DNA of 28,997 nt from Paramicrosporidium saccamoebae KSL3 (GCA_002794465.1 MTSL01000199.1:1-28997), one strand, 5' to 3'; positions 1 through 9,701 are shown, counted from the stretch's first letter. Made by a program: numbers and translations. Notes: generated by a model not told the origin, from the letters alone.

Positions 1-1284
1 TGGGGGTGGGCAGAGTGGACACTTTTGATCCATCCGTTGAATCAAAAACGGAAATGGATTCAGGGCCAACAACAACAATCCAGGTCCCCACAACGCCTTG
101 TGTGATTGAATTGGCCGTAATCGCAAAGGCCTTTTGTGAGCCAAGGTTGACGACTTTGTTGGATAGGCTAAGCGTGGCTAGCAATCCTGCTTCAGTAGGA
201 AGCAGACTGCAGACGCTGATAGAATCCGGATTGGTGGCCAGTAAAGTACACTCCTCCCAGTTTACGACTCTTCCACCAAGATCGGCAGACTTTTTAATGG
301 CGCCGTCCATGATGACCACATCCGAAACCGACTTGGAATGACCCTACAGAATGAGTTGAGATATTGAAACAGTTAAAGTACAACGTAAACGCCCTTTTTT
401 TCGAGCTCGGGAGAAATGCTAACAAAAGAGCCATCCAGTAATAGAGCCACTAAAGTGGTGCCTTGCAGTCCAAGTCCCAAGATCTGTTGCCCAAGAGAAC
501 ACTCTCGGCAGGTCTTATTATCAAGGCTCCACTTTCTAACAATCCCATCCAGTGAACTCGTAAAAAGAGAGTCCTCGCTCCAAACCACAGCCGTAATGGT
601 TGAGGCGATTGTTAGAGTTTCTGTCAATTCAAACTTCAACGAGGCATCCTCGCCATTGTAAATAAATATTCTACCGTCAGCACCGCCGCTAACAAGAAAT
701 TGTCCGTCTGGACTAAACGCAACGCATGATACAAACCGGGTGTGATTTCGCAACGTCTTGCTCAGCCTGAAGGGCGGTCCGGCGTAGAACGAAACAGTAA
801 AGTCGTCGCTTGCAATCGCAATCCTTCCGGCATGAATGGCCACTGAATTGCAGGCTTTGGTGGGCCCTGCAAGTTCGCCCAGTGATTGTCCGGTTTCAGA
901 GTTTATGACGGCAGCATACATACCGCGTCCCTCGCCGGAAACAGCCACAAATTGGCTGTCAGCGTCCCAGCGGATATCGGCTATGCGACTCGCCAAAACT
1001 CGGCCTTCAAATTTCACAATATGCGACTGAATAGTGCCCACAATGATGCGCAGATTGCCCAGAGCGTCGCCCATTGCATATTTGGTTCCGCACGGAGCCA
1101 TCCTAATAATGCTGGTCTCGTGAGAATGTCTCAACTCTGCAATATCTCCGTCGTTGGCTGGCTTGACGTAGAACGATTTTCCATGCGAATAGATTAGGCA
1201 ATCATCAGTTAACTCAAAGTTAATCGCCCGTCCACGTTCAGTGAGGGGCACTGGCGCAATCAACTTGACCAAAGTGGCTGCCAT
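1..1284 (-). CDS. AIP1: Actin-interacting protein 1 (WD40 repeat, WDR1/AIP1); 3' end runs off the window; intron 344..381
   Basis: N-terminus APVPLTERGRAI resembles AIP1 PxTERG. WD40 motifs include NHTRFVSCVAFSPDG. Removing a 38-nt GTACTT...TAG intron (minus strand 381->344) continues in frame as GHSKSV, the AIP1 second-propeller motif, open to the window edge. An alternative in-phase donor GTTTAC at 390 is possible. Confidence 0.9.
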
Positions 1285-1323
1285 TCCATTGGCTGAGACG
1301 TCCGAGTCTCTTTGTAAACAGCA

Positions 1324-4300
1324 ATGTGGTCAGAGAATGTGCAGGTAGGCCATGGACCGTAAAGTAACCTGCACAGAGGCGACTGCTCAAGTTTGTGTTG
1401 AGACGGACAATGAGCAGATTCATCTGCCTGGAGAGCACCGAGCTGGAGAACTTTGAGCTGCAATGGTCCGAGGGCAAGATTACGATACGTAATGTCGCGC
1501 TAAATGTTGCCGTACTATATAATGGCATTTGGGATGAAATTCTAGTCGTTGAATCGATATATTAACAAGACGCCTGTGGTACTGAAGGAGGGTTCATTGG
1601 CAGAATTGACTATTACACTTGCGAGTCTCTTGGAGGGTGGGGGCGAGATTGCTTTGCATGGGTTGGACCTGAAATGCACGTCAGTCAGCGAGGATAGCAT
1701 GGTATTTTATGATGCAGTGGAAAGTAGTTTGCTGGATGGTAGTGTTGGACGATTTGCCAAGAATTTTGTGGCTGACTTGCGCATTGACGAGTTTCGTGAT
1801 GCGGAAATATGTGATAGTGAGATCAATAAGAGTGAGTCTCACGATGGCGACAAGAATGTAGCTTCTTCCAGCGGGGTGGACTTGTTGGAACAGGCAATTG
1901 GAGCCTTGCTTGGTAAATTCAACCTCGTCATGACAGAAACGAAAATCACTCTGCAAGGACCACAGAATTACCAAATGTTGGCGATCAATGTCCCCCGAAT
2001 AGAGGCATGCCAGACTGCAGGATTAGCCGAGCTCTTCATTGAGGCAATGGAAGGATTTAACGTGAAACTACTGAATCGGGAAAGGGAGCGGGTTATCGTG
2101 TCCATGACAAGGCCGTTTCCCGTATCCATTAATTTTACCAATTTCCTGATATCGGCCAAGAATTCGGCCTTGCTCATCGACATTACTCCCGACGATGTGG
2201 TCTTGTTGCGAGAATTTGCAAGAATCTACAAGTCCCAAGGCTTTGGCACTGATATCCGCCAGCAGTTTGGCTTGGATCTAATGGTTAAGAACCCAGTAAT
2301 CTTACTGAGCTCTAGTCTTGAACTGACTACAGCGAGTCTCCATTTAAAGATGGGGAAGGAATTGTCCTTTGAGATTGACAAGGCGGAAATTCGATACAAT
2401 GATGAGCCAATCCTTGTCTGCCCAAGCGTTCGAAAATCGCTGCCGTCCAAGCTAGAGTTTTCTAAAATTTCCATTTCCAAGCATCCAAAAGTCCTGCTGC
2501 CCTTGTTTGATTCTTATAAAGCAGTATTGAACTCTTCAAAGCATGCAACCTCCTTCACAACCTATCTAAAGATTGATGAGATTGAATTTGACAATGAGCA
2601 TACAGTCAAGATGACAGAGATTGAAGTAAATATGGATTCCAGACAATGGGCCATGCATGTAGGCAAATTTACAGCTGCCGTTAATGCTACGAGGATAGAA
2701 TGCTCCCGAGTGTCAATATTCCGTTCCATTAGAGGATCTCGAGCTGATGATGCCGTTGTTGTCGATGCTAATAGCACTGGCAATACTAACAGCCCTTGCG
2801 GTACTAAAGCTTCCTCGTTGCATTCGCCATTTGCTGAAATGGCGACCGTCATCGAGGGGAGTTTATTTGTCGGAGTAGTAGCTGTGCCTGAAGAGTATTT
2901 TCTGCTTCGTTCCCGGCTCATTGAAGATTCCAACGTGCATTATCATATTTCAGCGGACCAGGTCAACATCAGAGGGTCTGCCATGGCCGAACTGGATGGT
3001 CTACTCAGCCAAGTCGTCACTGAGGGAAACAAGCAAAAAGTGTGTTACACGGCATCCATCCTTCATATGAGTCTAACCGAGGCGCATGTGACGGCTGTCG
3101 CGGAGGGAATCGAAGCGATCCAGTTTTCGAGCAATATGGGATCTGTAACAGATTTACGAATGGACTTGATCGAGTTGTCTACGGAAACTATGCCTTTGGT
3201 GAAACGGGCATTGACAGTGTCGCTTGATCCCCATTTTAAGCCGCTTGTCATTTCCAACCGAAAAACTCTTGGAGAAGCCGAGTGGAGTATGTGCCTCTCC
3301 GGTGCTATCATTTCAATCCCAATCTATGATGACTTGTTTCAGACGCTATGGAAACAGTTTCCGTTTTCCAGTGCGGCAGCTAGCGAAACTATAACAAAAT
3401 GGAATGTTCAATTGAGCTTATGTAGCATTCAGACAAAGCTTCCGGGTGCTTATCAGGAAAAGATTGCTCCACACACACTATATATGGACAAGGCCCGACT
3501 AATTTGTGACGACAAGGAGCCTTTATTGTTGTTTTTGCAGAGGGGAGAGGTGTTCTTTGCACCCGGGCCAGGACTTGTGATGCCAGTAACAGGGCTATTT
3601 GACGAAGGCCATAACTACTGGGAGGAGCAGAATTACGAGGCATTATGCAAGTTTGACTTTTTGCCCATATCTTTAACCCGTACTGATGGCTTCTGGCAGA
3701 TTCGAGTCGAGAATAACATGATCACAGTGGATCTGTTCAAGGATTCGGTTACGACGGTTACGGAATGCGCAAATTTATATTTGCAACTTGTCCGTGATCA
3801 GAGGATCAAGGAGTATCCCAGTCCGTCAACGGACAGTTGTGTTGACAAAGAAGATGGCAAAATGTCATCAGTTCTGGAGTGTATTTATGAAATGGACCTT
3901 GAAGGCGATTTCGGCGGAAATGGTTTTAGTGCATCTCAAGTGGTAGACTCGAACTTGAATCTTGAGAAGAATTCGTTGGACCTTGAGGAAGAATATTACT
4001 CCTATGGTGGAATGGACTCTATCCCAGATGACGATCTGGAAGGAATGATTGAATTGCCGCTTCCAGAAAGCCTTGTCGCGGAGGAAACTGCAGATGCTCC
4101 GAAGACTGCCGAGGGGGAGAATCTGAATTTTGATGATGACTTTTTTGCCACCAAGGTAGAAGATGAAGAGGTTCACTTTCCATTCTCGGAAAGCCAAGAT
4201 GAGATTTTGGCCCGGGTGCAGATTGCCGATTTCTCTATTGCAATTCGCATGCACTCGGGGAGACAGTGGAGTCCCAACCGGAGCAGCCATGTTGGCACAA

Positions 4301-5720
4301 GGCAGGAAACACAGTTTACCCCAGAATTTCGGGAGAGGAGAAGCACCCTGTCCTCATCGGCATCATCAAGATGGTCCAACTTGGGTGGATCTTCAAAAAC
4401 AAGCTCATTCCGGACCATTCCCAAGGATGATTCGGTAGAATTTGTGATCCGGGGACTGAACGCCGAGTTGGATTGGAGTAACCCTTTTCCACCCGAACTG
4501 GTGGCACCAGACATGATCCTCGCTGCCATGAGGATGTCTGTTAAGAAGGTGGAGATTATGGATCATGTGCGATCGTCCAGGTGGAAGACATTTTTGACGA
4601 GAAGGATAGCAAAGGGGGAAACAGGACCGATGATCCAGCTCAAGGTAGAGATGAATTTTGTGGAAAGGGAAGAGCACAAATTGTTGCCTGAAGATCAACT
4701 GGAGGCGACCATCAAGCTGGATGTGGAGCCTCTCCGCTTACACATTGATCAAGACACGTTGTTGTTTATGCTTCGGTTTCTGGACAGCAAGCCGACTCGG
4801 AGAGATGTCAGACCCATGTTTTTTGGTTTACCCTATAACTGTGATTAATTTGTTTAGAAAAGTTTCAAATGTCGGAAATGTCTATCCGATTGGACTATAA
4901 GCCAAAAAAGGTGGATTTCAAAAAGTTTGCCAATGGAAACTTTGTGGAATTGCTGAATCTGTTTGAGCTGGAGGATGCAGAGCTGCAACTGCCGCCAGTG
5001 ACAGTGAGAGGGATCAGCGGCACGGACGGACTGCTTAACAGCGTAATTGGGGCATGGCTGCCATTTGTGCGAAACACCCAAATGCCACAAGTGATGAGCG
5101 GTATTACGCCAGTACGGACGCTCCTTAATTTGGGTGGAGGAATGACAGATTTTGTTCTGCTTCCGATTGAACAGTACAAGAAAAACGGAAGGATATTCCA
5201 CGGCCTGAAGAAGGGAACCCGTTCGATGCTCCACCAAACTGCGCTTGAGACAGCAAGGCTAGGGAAAAAGATTGCAGTGGGAACACAGGTGATCCTGGAA
5301 CAGGCTGATGATCTGATTGAAAATGATCCAAGACGAGAGCTGGAACGATGCGAGCGCAAGCTGCAAGGGGTGGCGACTACCAGTAAATACTCAGCCCCAC
5401 CCTCTGATGCTACAGAGGGACTACTCTCTGCCTATGGGAGTCTGTCCACTGGCATCCGGAGTGCTGCCCAAACTGTCATTGCTGTTCCCATCCAAGTGTA
5501 TGAGCGACGTGGTCCGGGAGGCGCAGTAAAGGCCGTGCTGCGTGCAATGCCCATTGCCGTACTGCGATCAATGATTGGGGCCAGTGAAGCCGTGGGAAAG
5601 GCGCTAATGGGTGTGGAGGGTAGTTTGGATCCGAGTCTGGGTGTGGAAATTAAGCAAAAGTACAAAACGGTGGAGGATCGGTATGTGGACAGCGAACCAA
5701 GCAGTCTTCCTGATCAATAA
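1324..5720 (+). CDS. ATG2: Autophagy lipid-transfer protein ATG2, about 1432 aa; exons 1324-1344, 1377-1511, 1546-4825, 4858-5720
   Basis: The spliced N-terminus MWSENVQRRLLKFVLRRTM...ITIRNVALNVASLN...LKEGSLAELTI is a chorein-N domain. The C-terminus has FFEKFQMSEMSIRLDYKPKKVD, GNFVELLNLF and an ATG_C-like helical tail. Three GT-AG introns (32, 34, 32 nt) all restore frame. Confidence 0.9.
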
Positions 5721-5729
5721 ACTGACCGC

Positions 5730-5874
5730 TGTGACTTGTGATCGGTGATTGGGTATTCGAGGATTATTACGTTATTTGTGAGACCATAAACGGGTCGTTG
5801 GACTGACTGAATAAATTCTTTTCTCGTCTCTTTCCGCTTGACAAGGTCCGTGGTTTTATCCCTACTACGCGACA
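5730..5874 (-). mobile_element. Solo-LTR-like / short dispersed element, copy A (145 nt)
   Basis: The minus strand starts TGTCGCGTAGTAGGGATAAA, contains TCCTCGAATACCCA and ends GTCACA. Both ends match the copies at 7566-7748 and 25039-25188, but the centre is divergent. No TSD seen. Confidence 0.55.
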
Positions 5875-5946
5875 ATATCGCATCTCTAAGCTTTTATTTC
5901 TGTTCCGTTTTACATTCGCCCGCACCAATATTATCTCACACCACAC

Positions 5947-7539
5947 TCAATGTTTATTTAACATTTCATCAAGTTGAGATTTGAGTTTTTGAATCTGAAT
6001 TTGCTGATTCTTTTTTGCTTGTTCCGTTTCTCCGTCGTCGTCAATGTTGTTCTTGCTCTTCACGGCGCCAAAGTCAAGATCCACACCCAAAGCCTCGGCA
6101 GCCTTTTCCTCCCAGCTCTTGTTTCGCGTAGCTTTGCTCTCTTTATTCTCCATTTTTCGGATCTTTTCAGCAAGGGCTGCTGCTTTGCGGTAGTTATCGG
6201 CGTCTGATAGCGACACTTTGGTGTATTCGTGCATCGATATGTTGGCAGAGACTTTGTGGAAGAGGGATGATTCGTGCGGGGCCACCATGGCAATGCTAAT
6301 CCCGACACTGTCAGCACGGGCTGTCCGTCCGCTGCGGTGGGCAAAGACATCCGCCACTTTGGGCACGTGGAAATGCACAATCATCTGCACATTGGGAATG
6401 TCCAATCCTCGGGCAGCCACATCGCTAGTCACCAAAACTGCGTCCGAGTGCGCACGAAACCGATCAAGACTCTTTAACCGCTGACGCTGCTGCATTTGGG
6501 CGTGCAGGGAACCAGCAGGGAGACCGAGAAGCTGCAGGGTAGAGGCAAGATCTCGAACCAGTTCAATAGTGTTGACAAAGACGAGTGTACGGCCTCGACC
6601 GGACTGCTTCAGGATGGCACACAGCCATGTCAATTTGTCGTCGGCAAGACAGGCCAGCTTATAGTGTTCCAGAGACACGGGATTTGCATTTCCAACCTTA
6701 ATGATGGTCGGTTTTCTGTCGTTGAATCGAAGCTTTTTCCTCAGAGCCCCCACTTGCGGCGATAGGGTCGCTGAGAATAAAAAGGTCCTTCTTGCCTTAT
6801 TAGGTTTGCTATGTACCAACTCCAAAATAGTATCGAGGTCTTTAAAATGGCCCTTTTCGCACAGACGATCCGCCTCATCAAGGACTAAATATTGGAGCTG
6901 CGAAAGTTGTGTCTGCAGGGTTGTGCTGGCGGAAAGCACTTCGGCGAGACGTCCCGGCGTACCAATGATAATGTGTGGAGCATAGCCGAGAAGACGTTCC
7001 TGCTTCTCCTGCGATAGTCCACCCACTAATGTCACAGAATGAATGGTTGGTGGAGCGACCTTGTCCAGGTGCTCTTTGATCTGGAGTGCCAACTCGCGGG
7101 TAGGAACCACAATCAGGGCCGCCAGTGTTTCCGTTGGATTGGAGAGAATGTTATGCAGGATGGGGAGTAAAAAGGCAAGCGTTTTGCCGCTGCCAGTGGG
7201 TGCACTTCCCAGGACATCGCGTCGCTCTCCCCCCGTACTGAGCACCGTTGATAACACTTGCTTTTGCACCTCTGTGGGAGTTGTGAATCCTGCACGATGC
7301 AAACCTCCCAGCAGCTCAGGATGCAGGTGATATTCAGCCCAAGCTAAAAGCTCCACCTGCTCACTCTCAACTTTGACAACACAACGGGGTTTCTTAGCAG
7401 GACGCTCATAGGCAGTGGGACGGTTAGTCGATGAGAGGAGGATGGCTGCCTCTTCTGCATCCACTTCTTCTAGAGATATAAACCCCATCTTGCTCAAGGT
7501 CCTATACTCGCTACCCGCATTCTTGTCTGATCCCTTCAT
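5947..7539 (-). CDS. MAK5: DEAD-box RNA helicase MAK5/DDX24 (60S biogenesis)
   Basis: Motifs: Q motif GFTTPTEVQ, Walker A APTGSGKT, PTRELA, DEAD, SAT, TSDVAARGLDIP and HRSGRTARA. The N-terminal GFISLEEVD and C-terminal KSWEEKAAEALG are DDX24/Mak5-like. Confidence 0.85.
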   Translation of the reverse strand: MKGSDKNAGSEYRTLSKMGFISLEEVDAEEAAILLSSTNRPTAYERPAKKPRCVVKVESEQVELLAWAEYHLHPELLGGLHRAGFTTPTEVQKQVLSTVLSTGGERRDVLGSAPTGSGKTLAFLLPILHNILSNPTETLAALIVVPTRELALQIKEHLDKVAPPTIHSVTLVGGLSQEKQERLLGYAPHIIIGTPGRLAEVLSASTTLQTQLSQLQYLVLDEADRLCEKGHFKDLDTILELVHSKPNKARRTFLFSATLSPQVGALRKKLRFNDRKPTIIKVGNANPVSLEHYKLACLADDKLTWLCAILKQSGRGRTLVFVNTIELVRDLASTLQLLGLPAGSLHAQMQQRQRLKSLDRFRAHSDAVLVTSDVAARGLDIPNVQMIVHFHVPKVADVFAHRSGRTARADSVGISIAMVAPHESSLFHKVSANISMHEYTKVSLSDADNYRKAAALAEKIRKMENKESKATRNKSWEEKAAEALGVDLDFGAVKSKNNIDDDGETEQAKKNQQIQIQKLKSQLDEMLNKH

Positions 7540-7555
7540 GGTAACCAGGGTATAC

Positions 7556-7648
7556 TAGTTGGCTATGTGACGTATATGGTTGATTAGTTGGCTATGTGGC
7601 GTAGATGGTTGATTAGTTGGGTATTTGACGTAGAGGGTTGATTAGTTG
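7556..7648. repeat. 29-nt tandem repeat, about 3.2 copies
   Basis: TAGTTGGCTATGTGACGTATATGGTTGAT / TAGTTGGCTATGTGGCGTAGATGGTTGAT / TAGTTGGGTATTTGACGTAGAGGGTTGAT / TAGTTG, head-to-tail with no spacers. Confidence 0.9.
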
Positions 7649-7748
7649 CTGGGTATTTCAGGACATTGAAATGTGTATCCATACTATTCTAGGATTAGCA
7701 ATGAACAACCCCCCTTCCCGTCTGTGGTATTATCCCCACTACGCGACA
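7566..7748 (-). mobile_element. Solo-LTR-like / short dispersed element, copy B (183 nt, 3' end tandemly amplified)
   Basis: The minus strand reads TGTCGCGTAGTGGGGATAA...GGGGGGTTGTTCATTGCTAATCCTA...TAGTATGGATACA...TGTCCTGAAATACCCAGCAACTA...TACGTCACA and is colinear with 25039-25188 over more than 100 nt. Confidence 0.65.
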
Positions 7749-7904
7749 CGACTATGTGTAGGCATTCATGTCACCCCGATTACACTGTACAATATACAAT
7801 AAATGTAAGATAGTACATAGAAAAGATTTTCTTGATAGTTTCAGTAGGTTCAGATGACCCCTACCGAGTCGAATTTTGATTGGCCCAGAGTAGTAATTTT
7901 CGCC

Positions 7905-9701
7905 ATGAACATGAACTACCTCTGCATGGCGTTCCTCTTGGCTGTAGGCGCATCTGGCAGCAAAAAGCTCCTTAGTGAGCCGACTGGTGTTAACACCAGT
8001 ATGTTGCAGATTGAACACTCAGGCGCCCGCACCAAGATGGTTAGTTACTGTTCTGGAGCACATGCCACTCTAGTTACGAGCGGTAACCGTCTCACCATTG
8101 AGGAGAATGGAGCGTTTGTAATGGTGATCCGTGACAAGACATTATTCTACCCAAAGAGCGTCTTTTACGTCAATGATATGCCGGCTACGGAGCCTGCAAT
8201 ACTAGGAGCTGGCCCGGGATCCTTTTGGAATCACATTGGAATGGGCATGCCTTCTGAGGAAGATGACTTGGCTCGCGCCATACGTCTCTCTTTGCAGGAT
8301 GTGGCACATGGCGGCCAGGAAGACGACGATATAGCCGAGGCCCTAAGACGGTCGTTGCAAGATGTCAATGGTGAGGAACGAGAGGAAAAGAGTGAGGAAC
8401 GGGAAGAAGAAAGTGTGGGACGGGAGGAGAAAAGTGTGGGACGGGAAGAAGAAAGTGAAGAACGAGAGAGCAAAAACGAGAGCTTAGGTCCCTCTGATTA
8501 CAGCGAATCGCATGACGAGAATGTTAAAAGTCCCCGCAGGAGTGCCAAATGCCCGCGAACTGTCTTTTTTTTATCCAACGACAGTGAAAGCTCTGCCAGT
8601 ACCAAATCATGCGATGGTAATATCAACAATGGCGAAAAGAGTAGCTCTATTAGTAACGGATCCGAGGTTAGCAGTATTCAATCTTTGGATGCAAGCGGCT
8701 CTTCTGAACTTGTGCCGAGTTTCGAAGAGGTTAGGAGTAACAGTAGAAGTGGAGCGGAAAAAAGAAGCTGCAGCAGCTCAGGCGAGTCGGAGCGCCCGCT
8801 AAAGAGACGGCGCATCGAACCGAAAGCGGCCGCATTGGCACGACCACCTCCTACTGAAACTAAATCAGCGGAAGACGACGCCGTTGAGCATCTCTCTGGA
8901 CGGCCGATGAGTGTCATGGAACGGGAAGGAGTCAACGTCCCATTCAGAAACTCAAAGGGCGCCACAGTGATACTGGAAGAGGGTGATCTGGTGGTGACTG
9001 TGATGAACGTATCTTTAGGCGCACAAATCAAGCTGGCAAGTCTATTGAATATACTCTTCACTGTAGACACTGCTGTCAACATGACTAAGCTGGGGACAAA
9101 CTCCTCTGGTATCGTGCCAGTTCACATTACGGGACAATTCTTCCAGTCCTTCCTCTCCATCAAAGAGCTCGAGGAAAAGACAAAGGGGACGCATCAGCCA
9201 TCCGAGGTCGTCGCCGATCAAAAGTTTGTGATTGACCCAAAGGTGACTTTTCAGGGACGGCCTAGTGGCGTGAGAATGTCACGTCCTGATTCGGAGGATC
9301 TCTTGGTGGCTTTGAATGGATCTCACGCGATCCAGGCATCCGCTACGATGGACAAGGACGGAAAGTCGATTTTGTTGTCGATGAAAGGGGGCGCATGTGC
9401 CCTGTTGGTAAGGAATGGCGACATTGTCAATACAGAGACACTTCCGTACACTGAATCCCAAGAACCGGCTGTTCAGCCTGGCCATAGTTGCACGGAAAAG
9501 ATTGCAGTTGAGGACGAAGATGTAGTCCTCCTGTTTGTGCCAATTGGCGGTAAAGTACAGACGACATTGGGAGCTTGGGCCATGTCTGTTGGGTTTTCTT
9601 CGGACGAAATGAAGGAGTATTCCCAAAAGGCATACGAGTTGCTGGCACCGAAATCGGATGTTGCAGTCCTCATTACTAGGATTTCCAAGGCGCAGCAATA
9701 A
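7905..9701 (+). CDS. Orphan, putatively secreted protein: signal peptide, 2 UIMs, acidic/Ser-rich linker, bipartite NLS, degenerate PP2C(PTC7)-like domain
   Basis: Long uninterrupted ORF with ATG at 7905 (CGCCATG) or 7911. N-terminus MNMNYLCMAFLLAVGASG is hydrophobic. UIMs EEDDLARAIRLSLQD (8256-8300) and EDDDIAEALRRSLQD (8319-8363). KR-x12-KRRR at 8760-8813. C-terminus ATMDKDGKSILLSMKGGACALLVRNGDIV...EDEDVVLLF...KSDVAVLITRI resembles PP2C/PTC7 strands. Confidence 0.75.
   Translation: MNMNYLCMAFLLAVGASGSKKLLSEPTGVNTSMLQIEHSGARTKMVSYCSGAHATLVTSGNRLTIEENGAFVMVIRDKTLFYPKSVFYVNDMPATEPAILGAGPGSFWNHIGMGMPSEEDDLARAIRLSLQDVAHGGQEDDDIAEALRRSLQDVNGEEREEKSEEREEESVGREEKSVGREEESEERESKNESLGPSDYSESHDENVKSPRRSAKCPRTVFFLSNDSESSASTKSCDGNINNGEKSSSISNGSEVSSIQSLDASGSSELVPSFEEVRSNSRSGAEKRSCSSSGESERPLKRRRIEPKAAALARPPPTETKSAEDDAVEHLSGRPMSVMEREGVNVPFRNSKGATVILEEGDLVVTVMNVSLGAQIKLASLLNILFTVDTAVNMTKLGTNSSGIVPVHITGQFFQSFLSIKELEEKTKGTHQPSEVVADQKFVIDPKVTFQGRPSGVRMSRPDSEDLLVALNGSHAIQASATMDKDGKSILLSMKGGACALLVRNGDIVNTETLPYTESQEPAVQPGHSCTEKIAVEDEDVVLLFVPIGGKVQTTLGAWAMSVGFSSDEMKEYSQKAYELLAPKSDVAVLITRISKAQQ
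8373..8470 (+). repeat. Imperfect 21-nt coding repeats (EEKSEER / EEESVGR / EEKSVGR / EEESEER)
   Basis: GAAGAAGAAAGTGTGGGACGG / GAGGAGAAAAGTGTGGGACGG plus flanking variants, read directly from the sequence. Confidence 0.8.

Noticed and set aside
6-341. 111-aa plus-strand ORF and the many other short overlapping ORFs in the track (e.g. 13135-13815, 21497-22423, 18462-19010)
   Set aside because: They are antisense or alternate-frame shadows of well-supported genes, with no recognisable motifs.
1493-1499. TGTCGCG matching the repeat terminus
   Set aside because: It lies inside ATG2 exon 2 (NVA codons) and the homology does not extend.
7556-7648. CRISPR array interpretation of the 29-nt repeats
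   Set aside because: The units are head-to-tail with no spacers, there are no cas genes, and the context is eukaryotic.
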